A stretch of 64,000 nucleotides of DNA from Phoronis australis (lineage: Eukaryota > Animalia > Phoronida). The DNA lies in assembly GCA_002633005.1 (NCBI GenBank), contig NMRA01000030.1, positions 253,190-317,189 of the forward strand, written 5' to 3'. A program made the translations under genes and the position numbers. This document shows, one piece after another, positions 13,795 to 25,759 of the stretch. Every line of letters starts with the position of its first letter. Position 1 is the first letter of the stretch. The notes under the pieces were generated by a model. The model ran no database searches. It was not told where the DNA came from and saw only the letters and a program-made list of their open reading frames with translations.

Positions 13795-14165
13795 TTAACT
13801 AACGGAGGTCTGGTGTCACCCATACTTCTAGAACCCATGAATTTATAAACAACGAGCTCGAAATCTCTCCACTATACCATATAACATGTCAGTTACAGTA
13901 TCGTAAAGACGAACATCTGAGTCAGCATGTAGTCCGCAAGCGATAATACAAACATTGTGGTCATTCAGACGTCCAATGGAACCTGCAGACTCTCAGCAAC
14001 TCGCTTTTCTAAAGCGTCGATGCTGTTGTCAATACGTGCAACTACAAGATCCAAATCTGCTTTGAAGGCTTTAAACTGAGTTTCCATGCTCTATTGCAGA
14101 TCATTTTTAGCTTATGCACCTCTTGGGGGTGTCTTTTAGCTTGATTTCTTCCAACAATTCATTCA
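13795..14165 (-). mobile_element. LINE ORF1 N-terminal/coiled-coil fragment, the upstream continuation of 6537-6748
   Basis: Encodes METQFKAFKADLDLVVARIDNSIDALEKRV...RSMGDTRPPLVK. Joining 13795 to 6748 at TTA(A) restores RPPLVK|LALKSLDQK. Confidence 0.6.
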
Positions 14166-17100
14166 TTGGAACCGTTGGTTGCACCACGACATAAACCAGG
14201 CATTTTCTCTGAGAATTTATATCAGGGAATAAGAAGTGGTCCAAGAGAAAACAACGGCTTACGAGCGTACAGAATAGATTTTGCGGGCAAGCGGGCACAC
14301 GGGATGGCGGGCCTGTGTTCTCGAGAGAGGAAAAGTTTGCGCGAGAGAAATTTTTTAGCTCGGGCAGGCCTGAGCCGCGACTTTGTTGCACTCGTGTTAA
14401 GCATCAGATGAAAGCGAACACTCATGCACGACGCACGCGCGTTTTTGCGTATATGGTAGCTACATTCCTGAATTTTCTATGACCGCAGGAAAAATGTGTC
14501 TAAGGTTTTTATTTACGGTCAAACACCCGTAAATACTTGGAAAGGTCGCTTGCTTTGTTTTTTGTTGTCAGAGGGTAAATGGACTGAGAGAGGCCCAATT
14601 GTTTAGTGTGGCGTACGAGCTTGCACATGTTATCGTCGAAATTAGTTCCACACATGTTCCCCTTCGTTTAAAGAGACATCATGGACTAGAAATGTGATTA
14701 TCTAATATCAGCCTCAGCGCGGAATCAAACGCGGAGTTCTCGTGATCGTATGGCAGAGTTTTTAAGCGTATTCAACTGGTACTGTGAAGTGCCCTGCCTT
14801 GATTTCAGGGAGTGTTTGCCAAACAACGGCGTGAATTGGCGATTTATAACGAAATTACGAAAAACGCAAGCGGTGTGGTTTTTTGGTTTCCCTGGTCAAA
14901 TTAATCACAGAACCGAAGTATACAAAGTTCTTTCGACTGCACCGTAGCCACACGGAAGAACCAGAAAACAAAGGTGCGCAGAACGGGGCGACTGGTGAGA
15001 GGTGAGTAATTAAATCTTAACTATCTTTGATTTGATAGTAAATTGATGGCTGATTTTTGGCGAGATTGGGTACATTGGTTTATTGAACAGATTTGGTTGT
15101 TTCCATTTGAGAGAAAACAAAACAAAGCATTGGCACAATGAGTAAAAACGTTACCGGAAAAGGTCTGTTTCGGATATAGGCTGAAGTCCCGGGTCATTAA
15201 TTGAGCCAGCAGTTGGCTACAAATTTGAAGAATGTTTTATGTTTAGAAAAAAAGTCGGAATTTCAATACATTTGCAAAAAAGACACTTATTCAGACGTAT
15301 ATTTGAACGTCTTAAACACGCTAAAATATTATTGAAAAGTGTTCCGAAATAAAAATTTCACATTGTTGTAAAAATACCCCGTTCACTTGTGTCCATTCGG
15401 TGATAACTGACGAAAAATACAGGGACTATCCCATTCGCGGATTACGGCGGAGTAGGCCAGTTACACGGTTGCAACATCAGTCCAATGATGCAATCACAAA
15501 ACAAACTTAAAAATCACCCGACCGGCTAACTTCATGGAGAAAAAATAGGACTGAATAGATTCATGAATAATTTCTGTGATTCTGGTAAGTTTTGCAATCA
15601 ATAATTGCAATTCTCCAGGCGTCAGTAAAAATCAATACGAAATAAACGAACCTTGCCTAAAGCAGTGGCCATCAACCATAGATTAAATAACCAAACATAA
15701 AAACCTTAACTCCTTCGGAGTGCCGAAGGTAACAAATTTCTAGACCAAATATTGAACTGATTTTTTGATAAAAGGAATTCAACAGTTGCCGTTAGATCTA
15801 CCATTAAAGTATTTTTCATTGTCAAAATCAAATAAATCCAACAGTCCATAATCTGACAATATTTCACGCCATAAGTTACTTTGTGGTATATTTTTCAAGC
15901 TATATTTTCACATCCCACCAAAAAAAGTTATTCAAAACCCTTCGAATTTGTGCTTCTTCACTTTTAAATGTATTTTCTTTGTTAAGCCTACATTGCATTA
16001 TTCAACTTGAGTCGCCCTTACTTTTCGATTACGCGGTTGTTCCTAATCAGTCTCTCTAAAGTTTAGTTGGAAAACGTCACAGCATAGAGTACACACATTT
16101 TGGCATAGAATCTAACAGTAGAACGAATACTCGAAAAAAAAACTGAATTTGAAAACTAAAAAATAACAGGTGTGGTTATTTCCTTCGAGAATTGTTGCAA
16201 TTTATTGCCGCGAAATACTGTACATGACCATTTACATTTGCAGACGACATGATGACTCGACTGCAGTTGTTCATAGATGGCGCACAGAACGCCCGCCTCG
16301 CTGGTTCCCTGCTTGTGCGCTAGAGAATTCTTTTTTACACCGGCGTTGGCTGGTCGAATTCTCAACAGGTAGCGCTTTACGTAAACAAGCTGGTATGACT
16401 GAAGTAGCAAGTGTAAATGTAAGTATAGTTTGTGGTTTGTTGTACAGACAAATCGGTGCTTAATTGGACTATGCTCAAGAAATGTAAATTGGAAAGTGGT
16501 GGTTGTGCCTTTTCGGTGTGCATTTTTCTGCTGTCGATGACTTTTGTTTACGTTGCTGTCCTGTATTTACACAGTATCAGTAAAAGACCGATTAAATCGG
16601 CCAGACGGCTGTGCATTGTATGTGCTTCAAGCACGCTGTTACTAAACATTACTCAAGAAACGAAATATTTGCTGTTACGCCACTCACTTGCATGACAAGG
16701 CTAAAAATTGTTCACGGTTTACCTTTTTCTATCTTTGTTGTAAAGCTAACCAATGACTGCCGAGGTTACAGTCAACCAGTGCTGAAGCGCGTGCTACTGA
16801 ATGATACCTGCGTGTCTTCTACCCCCTAGCGGACACGCAGGGAACCAGCGAAAACGTTCGCAGTACAACAGCGCCCGCTACAGGAACAGTCTTGACGCAT
16901 CTGGCAGTACTGCGTGACATCTCCTCGGCGTGTCTGAGTGTGCCAGTCATCTAGCTGTGTGAAAACTAGTGTCAAAATGTAGCTGAGAATAAATGCCTGT
17001 GAATTTTATACAGACCTTGAAATTTCACACCGCCCGGCCAACCCTTCCGATTTACTCGTTAACCTACAGTTTTTGAATAACTCCCAACCGCATTCACTAG

Positions 17101-18381
17101 TCAGATCTACCGCACCAGAAAATAGTTGTTGAAAAAAATCAGTAGCCGTTTTATCACTTTTGTGCTAGTTTTTTTTCTGTAACATCACTGCGCTTCTCTA
17201 AAAACTATGGATTTTCTCTTATATTACGAGGCCTGAATAACGCTGGTACCCTGCTAGAAAAGTAACATCTCGTGAGATTTCGCTAAACGATCGTGTATTT
17301 CTAATGAGAACACATAAATTTGGTGAGATTTAACGCGACCCAGTCGCTCAACAATTTTTACACTCGCCACATTTGAGCTGACGAGGTATGACATGTGTCG
17401 TATTTTTGATTTAAAAACAGATCACGAATTCGTTCGACCCGGCGTCGTTCGCGGCTTTTACTCCTTGAAAAGAAAATCTGCCAGTGTCAAGTATCAAACA
17501 ACACTTGAAACGGAAAAAATTGACGCGCTGGAAATTACCAAGGCTTGTATTCGAGTAGGAGGTATTCATGCAATATGAAAAAATTAAATCTTGAGATCTT
17601 ACTGCATGTTTGAGAGAGCTCAACTCAGTTTTATCCCCGGTTGGTTCAGCTCAGAATGTAAAAAGTTATAGAGAGACTGGGTCGCGTTTGCATTGAACCC
17701 CGCCCTCGGCGGATGATACACAGGTCTAGCTTTGATTTCTTATCTCGTCTGCGATTGATTCTCAGTACGCTACCTGTAAAGTATTGACCTATAGGAAATA
17801 AAGAAACAACAAGCATTTGTATTCTTCTGTTCACTTCTTCTCCGTCTGGTCAAGTAAAATCGAGCAAGCGTAACACCATGGAAAACCAGAAGAAAAAAAA
17901 AGAAAATTTGTTGGGAAATTAGGCTTAAATTAAGCTGAAAAAGTCATTTTAGCTTTGTAAGCAGTACTGCAAATGTGATTAACACGTTCTTTGTAACATT
18001 TGCCGCTCTGACTTTTCAATTAGCCTCGGCAGCACTCAGGCTGACATCATTGCACGCCACTCAAACACTGAAAAGCATGTCGGGAGTTCTCTCTCGATGG
18101 CGGTTATTCAAAATTGCCTCAGTGTCCCATTCAACAAAGCAGCCAAATGCAAAACAGGCCGAGGTTTTCTTTCAAGATTTGATCCACGTCAAGTTAGGTT
18201 ATGGGCTTTCCAAAACGTTTTTTTACTTTTTAACGAAACGTGGTCTCATGAAGGAGATTGCACTATTTTGCTTCATTTTTCCAATCATTTTCGGCGGGGC
18301 ATTCCCCCGGATAAAGNCCCCAGACATGCGTGAGTCGAAAGCAGTCTATTGTTTGACACGCGCGCACGACATTTGGTAACT

Positions 18382-21300
18382 ATCTCATCTCATCTCATCT
18401 AGGCGTTGTCCATCCACTGCAGGATGTAGCCCTCCGACAATGCCTTCCAACTTTTTCTGTCTCTTGCTGCTCTCATCCATGTTGTGCCTATCGTTTTCAC
18501 GATGTCACCTCTCCATCTGGCTTGGGGCCGTCCTCTTGATCTCTTTCCATATCTGGGTTGCCACTCTGTACATCTTTTTGTCCATCTGTTGTCCTGTGCT
18601 CTGGCCACGTGTCCGCCCTACCTCCATTTCAATTTCAGAATTGTCTTGATTATGTCCATGACTCTTGCTTGTTCTCTTATCTCTGTGTGTGGAATCCTGT
18701 CTAGTAATTTCATTCCAAGCATTTTTCTCTCCGTTGCTCTCTGTGTTGTTCTTAGCTTGGCAATTGTCTGTTTTGTTAAGGTCTATGTTTGGCATCCATA
18801 GGTGATTGTGGGGATGATGCACTGGTCAAATACTCTTCTTTTCAGGGATATGGGTATGTTCTTATCTTGGAATCTTTCTCTGTTTTTTCCAAAGCAACTC
18901 CATCCAGCTCTTATTCGGATTTGTATTTCATTGGTCATACGGTTCCCCATTTGTATAGTTTGTCCCAGGTATTTATATTGTGTGACTTTTTCAATGATCT
19001 AGTTCTCCACCATTACTTGTTCATCTGTTTCAAAATTTGTCATATACTTTGTCTTGTCCTTGTGTATCTTTAATCCTACATTGTTGTTTTCTTCATTCAG
19101 TATATTTGAATTTGTTTCCAATTGTATTTTGTCTTCTGTGCACAAAGCAACATCATCTGCAAATCTTAGGTCTGTTAGATGTTCTCCGTCTATGTGTACT
19201 CCCCTTTGAAGGCCTGAATATTTGAAGATCTCTTTCATTGTCAGTGTAAACAGTTTAGGTGAAATTGGGTCTCCCTGTCGAACTCCTCTCTCTATGTTGA
19301 ATATTTCAGAGACGTGGTTGTCGATGTGTATTCTGGCGGTGGCATCTGTATATATATTTTGCAGCAGTTTTACATATGTTTCATTTATGTTGATGTTTTT
19401 TTATAATCTATGAAACCAACACACAGTGGCAGATTAAATTCGTTACATTTTTCAAATGTTTGTCCAAAGGCTTGCAGATGGTCTGTTGTTAAGTAGCTCT
19501 TTCTAAACCCTGCTTGTTCTCGGGGTTGATTTTCATCTAGTTGTTTCTCCTTTCCATTTTGTAATAGCCTTGTGAATAGTTTGTATGTATAGGCTAATAA
19601 GCTTATGGGTCTACAGTCCTTATATCACTTTGGTCTCCTTTTTTAAATAATATTATTATTTTTGCTTCTTTCCAGCATTCTGGGATGTTTTGGGTCCTTA
19701 GAATTACATTGAATGCTTTTGTCAATTATTTGATTGTTTCTTGTCCTCCTACCGAAATTATATCGCTTGTAATATCATCATTTACTGGTGCTTTTCTTTT
19801 CTTCATCTTTCTGAGGGTACGTTCTACTTCCTCCTCAGTGAAAGGTGGTACTTGTTCTGTGTCTAGATTCCTGGTTCTTATTTTTTCTGGTGGATTCATC
19901 GTTTTCTCATATGAAATTTTGTAGAAATCGGCACATACTTTGAGTATTTCTTCTCTGTTATTTGTTATTCCTCCGTTAGAGTTTCGCATTTTTGATATCT
20001 TCTTTTTATTTCCTTGCTTGTAGATTTCTTTTGGTCCTTTTCCTTTTTCAATTGTGTCCATTATCATCTTTGTTCTTTTTCGTCGGGCTCTATTTCTCTT
20101 CATTTTTTTTCACTGTTTTGTTAAGTTCACTGTATTCTATTCTTTCCCTTTCTGTTTTGTTGTCTTTCTTGTACAGTTCTTTTCTTTTTGTGTCCATCTG
20201 TTGAATTTTAGTGTCTTCTGGTGATAGACTTGTGCTTGTCTTTCCTTTTTTCTCATGTAGGATCTTGATTTCTTCTGTTAGGATTTTGTTAAGAGTTTCT
20301 ATTGATGGAGTCTCTTCTTCTAAGATTTGAAATCTGTTTTTAGTGCCAGTTGAAATTCCTCTTTGCATTAGTCCATGTGTTATGTGTTTGCCTTGAATGG
20401 TCTCAGTCTTTGCATTCTTTTAAGCCCTAGTAGTCTTTTGTTGATTCTTATTTTTGCTCTAACCATTCTGTGGTCACCTCCAATGTTAACATTTGTCAAC
20501 ACTTCTCTGATTTCTTTCTCCTGTTCCAAATACTCCTACTCTTCTGATGTTTTCTTCATTATTTTTGACTCCGACTTTTGCATTGAAATCGCCAGTTCTG
20601 ATGGTATATGAGCATGTTTCTAGGGACTCATAGAACTGTTCTACCTCTTCCACTTCATATTCTGATGTTGGTGCATAGCAATGTGTGATTTGAAGTGTTT
20701 TTTTTCTGCATTTTTACTTTGCATGAAATTATTCTCTCTGTGTGTATCTCGAAACTTTCAATATAGTCTTTGAACCTTTTGTGTATCAGAAGTGCGATGC
20801 CTCCAGGAATTTCTATCAATCCATGTCCTGATCTCTTGGTTTCGCAAAGACCAATGATGTTCCATTTTACATTTTCTAGTTCTTTAAATAAGTTTTGGAT
20901 GTCAGTATCTGTTCTTAATGTTCTTGTGTTGTGTGTTGCTATGTTGATGTTTGAAATTATGTTCTTCTCCCTGTCGGCTGCACAACTTCCAAATGGCTTT
21001 GGCTGTGCAGCGTCATGCTGACTAGTGTCTGGATTGGAACAGTCTTTCTTTTCAGCTTGCCCGTTTTTGGCCATGGGCATTACGGCCTCCTTCTTTCTTT
21101 TTCATCATTGTCGGGTTTTTAGTCTACCATCAACGCGCTGGCTAGGCGTGTTGTCAACGGGTTTTTCATTCGAGGTGTCCTTCCTGTGGCCTTTAGTCTC
21201 TCCAACTTGACCCACAAGTCAGTGGGGTTCTGTGGATGGCCGTTGTCCCTCTTGGGATCATCAGCCCTTTGACAGGTCTTGTTTTTATTCCAGCTGATCA
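18382..21300 (-). mobile_element. RTE-clade LINE, near full length but degenerate and internally deleted
   Basis: APE start NIATHNTRTLRT...WNIIGLCETKR, RT LRFADDV and GVRQGDPISP, C-terminal RWTKRCTEWQPR..KRSRGRPQARW, stop followed directly by an (ATGAG)n tail. Confidence 0.93.
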
Positions 21301-21417
21301 TCGCCTAAGCAAAATGTGCACAGAAATTTGTTTTGTTGGTAATAGAATATGCTGAAAACTTATGCCAAAGTGAAGCCTAAGTATTCTGGTAATATGTTGC
21401 GATGCGATAGAAAAAGT

Positions 21418-21480
21418 TTAGGATTCGAACCAGGATTGTCGAGCTTGAGTGCGGGGGAGTGTCACCGATAGGCCATTGGT
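21418..21480 (-). mobile_element. tRNA-derived (Pol III A/B box) SINE head or tRNA pseudogene
   Basis: Minus strand reads TGGCCTATCGG (A box) ... GGTTCGAATCC (B box); no clean cloverleaf seen. Confidence 0.45.
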
Positions 21481-21539
21481 CAGTACTTGTAAGTTAGCGT
21501 GTTGTTTTGGGTGGTAATGTTAAATAGAAGATGCGTTTG

Positions 21540-21838
21540 CAGTGGCGGATTTAGGGTGGCCAAGGGGGCTATGGCCCCTCCTAAAATTGTACCAGATACC
21601 ATTCAGGAGAGAATTACTCACTAGCACATGCGCGCAATCAGAGGGGGTGAACAAACAATGCATAGGCCCTGAACAAACCCCGTTTACCGTTTTTTTTTTT
21701 TTAGTTAACAGGTTCGCAAACCCAAAATCCGAGACCCCTGCATCACCACATTTTAGGCTGGGAGCCCGCACCTGCCACAGTTCTGGTTATTCCTGTGCCC
21801 TGCCCCCCCACCAACTCAAAATCCTGGATCCGCCCCTG
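21540..21838. mobile_element. MITE with CAG(T/G)GGCGGAT TIRs and 5-bp TSD (hAT5-like)
   Basis: CAGTGGCGGATTTAGG ... CCTGGATCCGCCCCTG, flanked by GTTTG on both sides. Confidence 0.8.
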
Positions 21839-22309
21839 GTTTGTAACTGATTTAAACCGCCTCTGTATTCTGCCAAATAGAGGTATTGAGCCTGACCTGC
21901 TTTTGACTGTATTCTAGTTTCTCCAGTGTATCGGAAAGGTTGTGAATCTGAGCTTGTGTTTGCCATTTTAGTTAAGTGAGTATCTTTATTCTAAAAACAG
22001 AAGGAGAATCTGACTCACATTGATTTAGGTTGAACTCTGCGAATAAATAATTTCAAAATAACTGCTGGCAGTTTATATCGAGCCCCGTTACATCTTTTGG
22101 AGCCAAACGTGGGGCCTGTTGCTCCGGCCGTGGATGGAAATTAATGTGGCGGCTGAAGCTGGAGATGAGGGTGAAATGGCTACGGCTTTGAAGAAATTCT
22201 CATTGCCGTTACATTCGTCTCACTCGAGGGTGACAAAATTTGTTGGTGACTAGTCTGAAGCTACGTATGACCTGCTGCGGTACGATATATACACAAAACG
22301 TACTGAGAG

Positions 22310-22386
22310 TGGCGTAGATGAAGTAATATCCCACGAGACATTATACGTGGAATAATGTCTCGTGGGATATTACTTCATCTACGCCA
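22310..22386. repeat. Perfect 35-bp inverted repeat with 7-nt loop
   Basis: TGGCGTAGATGAAGTAATATCCCACGAGACATTAT-acgtgga-ATAATGTCTCGTGGGATATTACTTCATCTACGCCA. Confidence 0.95.
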
Positions 22387-23028
22387 ATTGAGGTACGTTT
22401 TGTATTTATCCCATACGCTTCGAATTCCTAAGTTTCTTTCATTTTTTCGGAAGATTTTTTAAATACTTCTCTCAGACTGTTCACTTGGCGGATTACATCC
22501 TATATGTATGTATTTGCGCGTTAGGTTGCAAGTTTTCTCTGGTAAAAGAAACAGTTTTAAATGTAACGATTCATTACTTGAAAAGAGATAACAAAGACGA
22601 AAACAACGGTAACTGTGTGCACTAAACTTGTAACATCCTCTGAAAATAGTAAAATATTTGATATTGTAGTTACCGGGGAATCGGCGCCTGAGTTGCAGAC
22701 GATATAATATTTAGGAATTGAAAACAGAGACAGAAGTGCCATATAATTAACAGTTTTGTACCAGATGTTACGTTTAGAGCCTGATTGCACGTCGAGTGTT
22801 ATTTATACTGCTGCAACTGTGTTACTTTAAACTATATTCGGAAAGTTCGATGATCGAACCGGTTAATGGCGTCGAGTCGACATTGGCCTACCTTTTGAAC
22901 GTTCCATGTCAGAGGTCACCGTTGAAGTAGTGCGGGAGGTGAATACGGAAAACATTATTACATGGCCGTATTGCACTCGGCAAATTCAACGCGTATGGGA
23001 TGATAGTTGTTGACGTAAAATCGGACAC

Positions 23029-23296
23029 TCTTCTCTTCTCTTCTCGGCGTTGTCCATCCACTGCAGGATGTAGCCCTCCGACAATGCCTTCCAACTTGTT
23101 CTGTCTCTTGCTACTCTCATCCATGTTGTGCCTATCGTTTTCACGATGTCATCTCTCCATCTTGCTTGGGGCCGTCCTCTTGATCTCTTTCCATATCTGG
23201 TTTGCCACTCTGTGCATCTTTTTGTCCATCTGTTGTCCTGTGCTCTGGCCACGTGTCCGCCCCACCTCCATTTCAATTTCAGAATTGTCTTGATTN
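23029..23296 (-). mobile_element. RTE LINE 3' end fragment with (AGAAG)n tail
   Basis: MKWRWGGHVARAQDNRWTKRCTEW...WMDNA, near-identical to 18399-18650; ends at the N join at 23297. Confidence 0.9.
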
Positions 23297-23297
23297 C

Positions 23298-24323
23298 GTG
23301 TCATCAGTGTTCATTTGCCAGAGTAGCAGGCCCAATGAGCTGTATATGTAGTTATATTTATCTCATTGAGCATGCCCACATGTAGGCCCTAGCGCGCGCT
23401 TCTTGGCCAAGTTTCGATTCGCGGTTCTTATAATTTTACGTGTACAAAGCAATCTGGGTTCCTGTTGTGGGAGAAAATCTGTACGGGAAAGATACAATAC
23501 CAATCCCTTTGACCAGTATGCTGCGTCTGTTCGAAGGGCCAGACCATATAGTGTGACACTTTCCTCGCAAGATCAGCAAATCTTTTGCGTTCTTTTTGAA
23601 GCACTGCGGAATGGTTTGAAGTGTACCAAGCAGCCACGGCTAAATACCGACATAGGGGCGAGGCTTGTGATCTACTAGAAATTCCGCGCACAATGATTTT
23701 TCAGGACTGTCGGATATTATTGATAAATTGAATACATTACTGGAGAATTTTAGAACTGTGAGGTAAGACATTTTTCGCACATACACATTCATGGACTGGG
23801 CGCTTATTTTAGCGAAGTCTGGAAACGAGTGGGTACACTTATAGGGGCGTGGGCGCTTATGTTATAAAATAATTTTGGCTAAAATGACATTGTACATTAC
23901 AAAAAGGAATCAGTTCCAAGAAATATGGTATTTCATTTGCTATGAGCACATGGACCGGTCTTCCACCTTTCTCCCCTTTTCTTCGTTTCAGACTAGTCCA
24001 CAAATTCTTTGTGCACGACCACACACTGTGATTTTTTTGACAAATCGCGTAACGGATGACATGTACTGAATCGGTAGGGTCGCACTGCGTCGATGTTTTT
24101 TACTGCCGGAGCATCGACACGATGACCAAACTGAACCTTGAATTCATGATAAAAACAGCACACGGAGGAGGAAAATTATTCATATTCATCTGGGAAACGT
24201 TATGTAGGGCTTTTGCGCTTTGAAATTCACTCGCCACCTGGGCGACCGGCAAGTCAACTTCTACTCGCCCAGCACCATTTGTACTCACATTGGCGACTGA
24301 GCGAGTGGCTAAGTATGTCCCTG
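23298..24323 (-). mobile_element. Partial inverted copy of the hAT-like element at 40357-42066
   Basis: Reverse-complement similarity along its length; ends in the TIR GGCTAAGTATGTCCCTG. Confidence 0.85.
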
Positions 24324-24479
24324 GGAAGGATACCGACGAGTTGGAATTGGTACGTTCAGCCACTGCACAGTACACCGTCAAGGCCAGCTGATGACCGCTC
24401 ACGAGGTTTTATCAGTGTGCCTCGTTTTCGATCAGTATTTAAAGATGGCACGGGAAGATGGCGCTTTCGTGAAATAGTG

Positions 24480-24601
24480 AATACAGTGCAGACCATGTGT
24501 TGTTATACAAGATGTATATAGTGCAGACCATGTGTTGTGAAACAACTGCAGACCATATGTTGTCAGTATACAACATGTATATAGTGCAGACCATGTGTTG
24601 T
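24480..24601. repeat. Short tandem repeat (TGCAGACCATGTGTTGT core, ~4 copies)
   Basis: Directly visible repetition. Confidence 0.7.
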
Positions 24602-25750
24602 TATCTCATCTCATTTCATCTCATCTAGGCGTTGTCCATCCACTGCAGGATGTAGCTCTCCGACAATGCCTTCCAACTTGTTCTGTCTCTTGCTGCTCTC
24701 ATCCATGTTGTGCCTATCGTTTTCACCATGTCATCTCTCCATCTGGCTTGGGGCCGTCCTCTTGATCTCTTTCTATATCTGGGTTGCCACTCTGTACATC
24801 TTTTTGTCCATCTGTTGTCCTGTGGTCTGGCCACGTGTCCACCCCACCTCCAATTCAATTTCAGAATTGTCTTGATTATGTCCATGACTCTTGTTTGTTC
24901 TCTTATCTCTGTGTGTGGAATCCTGTCTAGTAATTTTATTCCAAGCATTTTTCTCTCCATTGCTCTCTGTGTTGTTCGTACCTTGGCAATTGTCTGTTTT
25001 GTTAAGGTTCATGTTTGGCATCCATAGGTGATTGTGGGGATGATGCACTGGTCAAATACTTTTCTTTTCAGGGATATGGGTATGTTCTTATCTTGGAATA
25101 TTTCTCTATTTTTTCCAAAACAACTCCATCCAGCTCTTATTCGGATTTGTATTTCATTGGTCATACGGTTCCCCATTTGTATAGTCTGTCTCAGGTATTT
25201 ATATTGTGTGACTTTTTCAATGATCTTGTTCTCCACCATTATGTGTTCATCTGTTTCAAAATTTGTCATGTACTTTGTCTTGTCCTTCTGCATCTTTAAT
25301 CCAATATTGTTGCTTTCTTCATTCAGTATATTTAAATTTGTTTCTAATTGTGTTATGTCTTCTGTGCACAAAGCAACATTATCTGCAAATCTTAGGTCTG
25401 TTAGACGTTCTCCGTCTATGTTCACTCCCCTTTGAAGGTCTGAAGATTTGAAGATCTCTTCCATTGTCAGTGTAAACAGTTTAGGTGAAATTGGGTCTCC
25501 CTGTCGAACTCCTCTCTCTATGTTGAAACTTTCAGAGACGTGGTTGTCGATGTGTATTCTGGCGGTGGCATCTGTATATATATTTTGCAGCAGTTTTACA
25601 TATGTTTAATTTATGTTGATGTTTTTTAGGGCTTCAATGATGGCAAAATGTTCAGTTGAATCAAAAGCTTTTTCATAGTCTATGAAACCAACACACAGTG
25701 GCAGGTTAAATTCGTTACATTTTTCAATTGTTTGTCCAAGGGCTTGCAAA
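24602..25750 (-). mobile_element. 5'-truncated RTE LINE copy with (ATGAG)n tail
   Basis: FIDYEKAFDS, LRFADNV, YKYL and the C-terminal RTE domain; highly similar to 18382-19480. Confidence 0.92.
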
Positions 25751-25759
25751 TCGGACACA

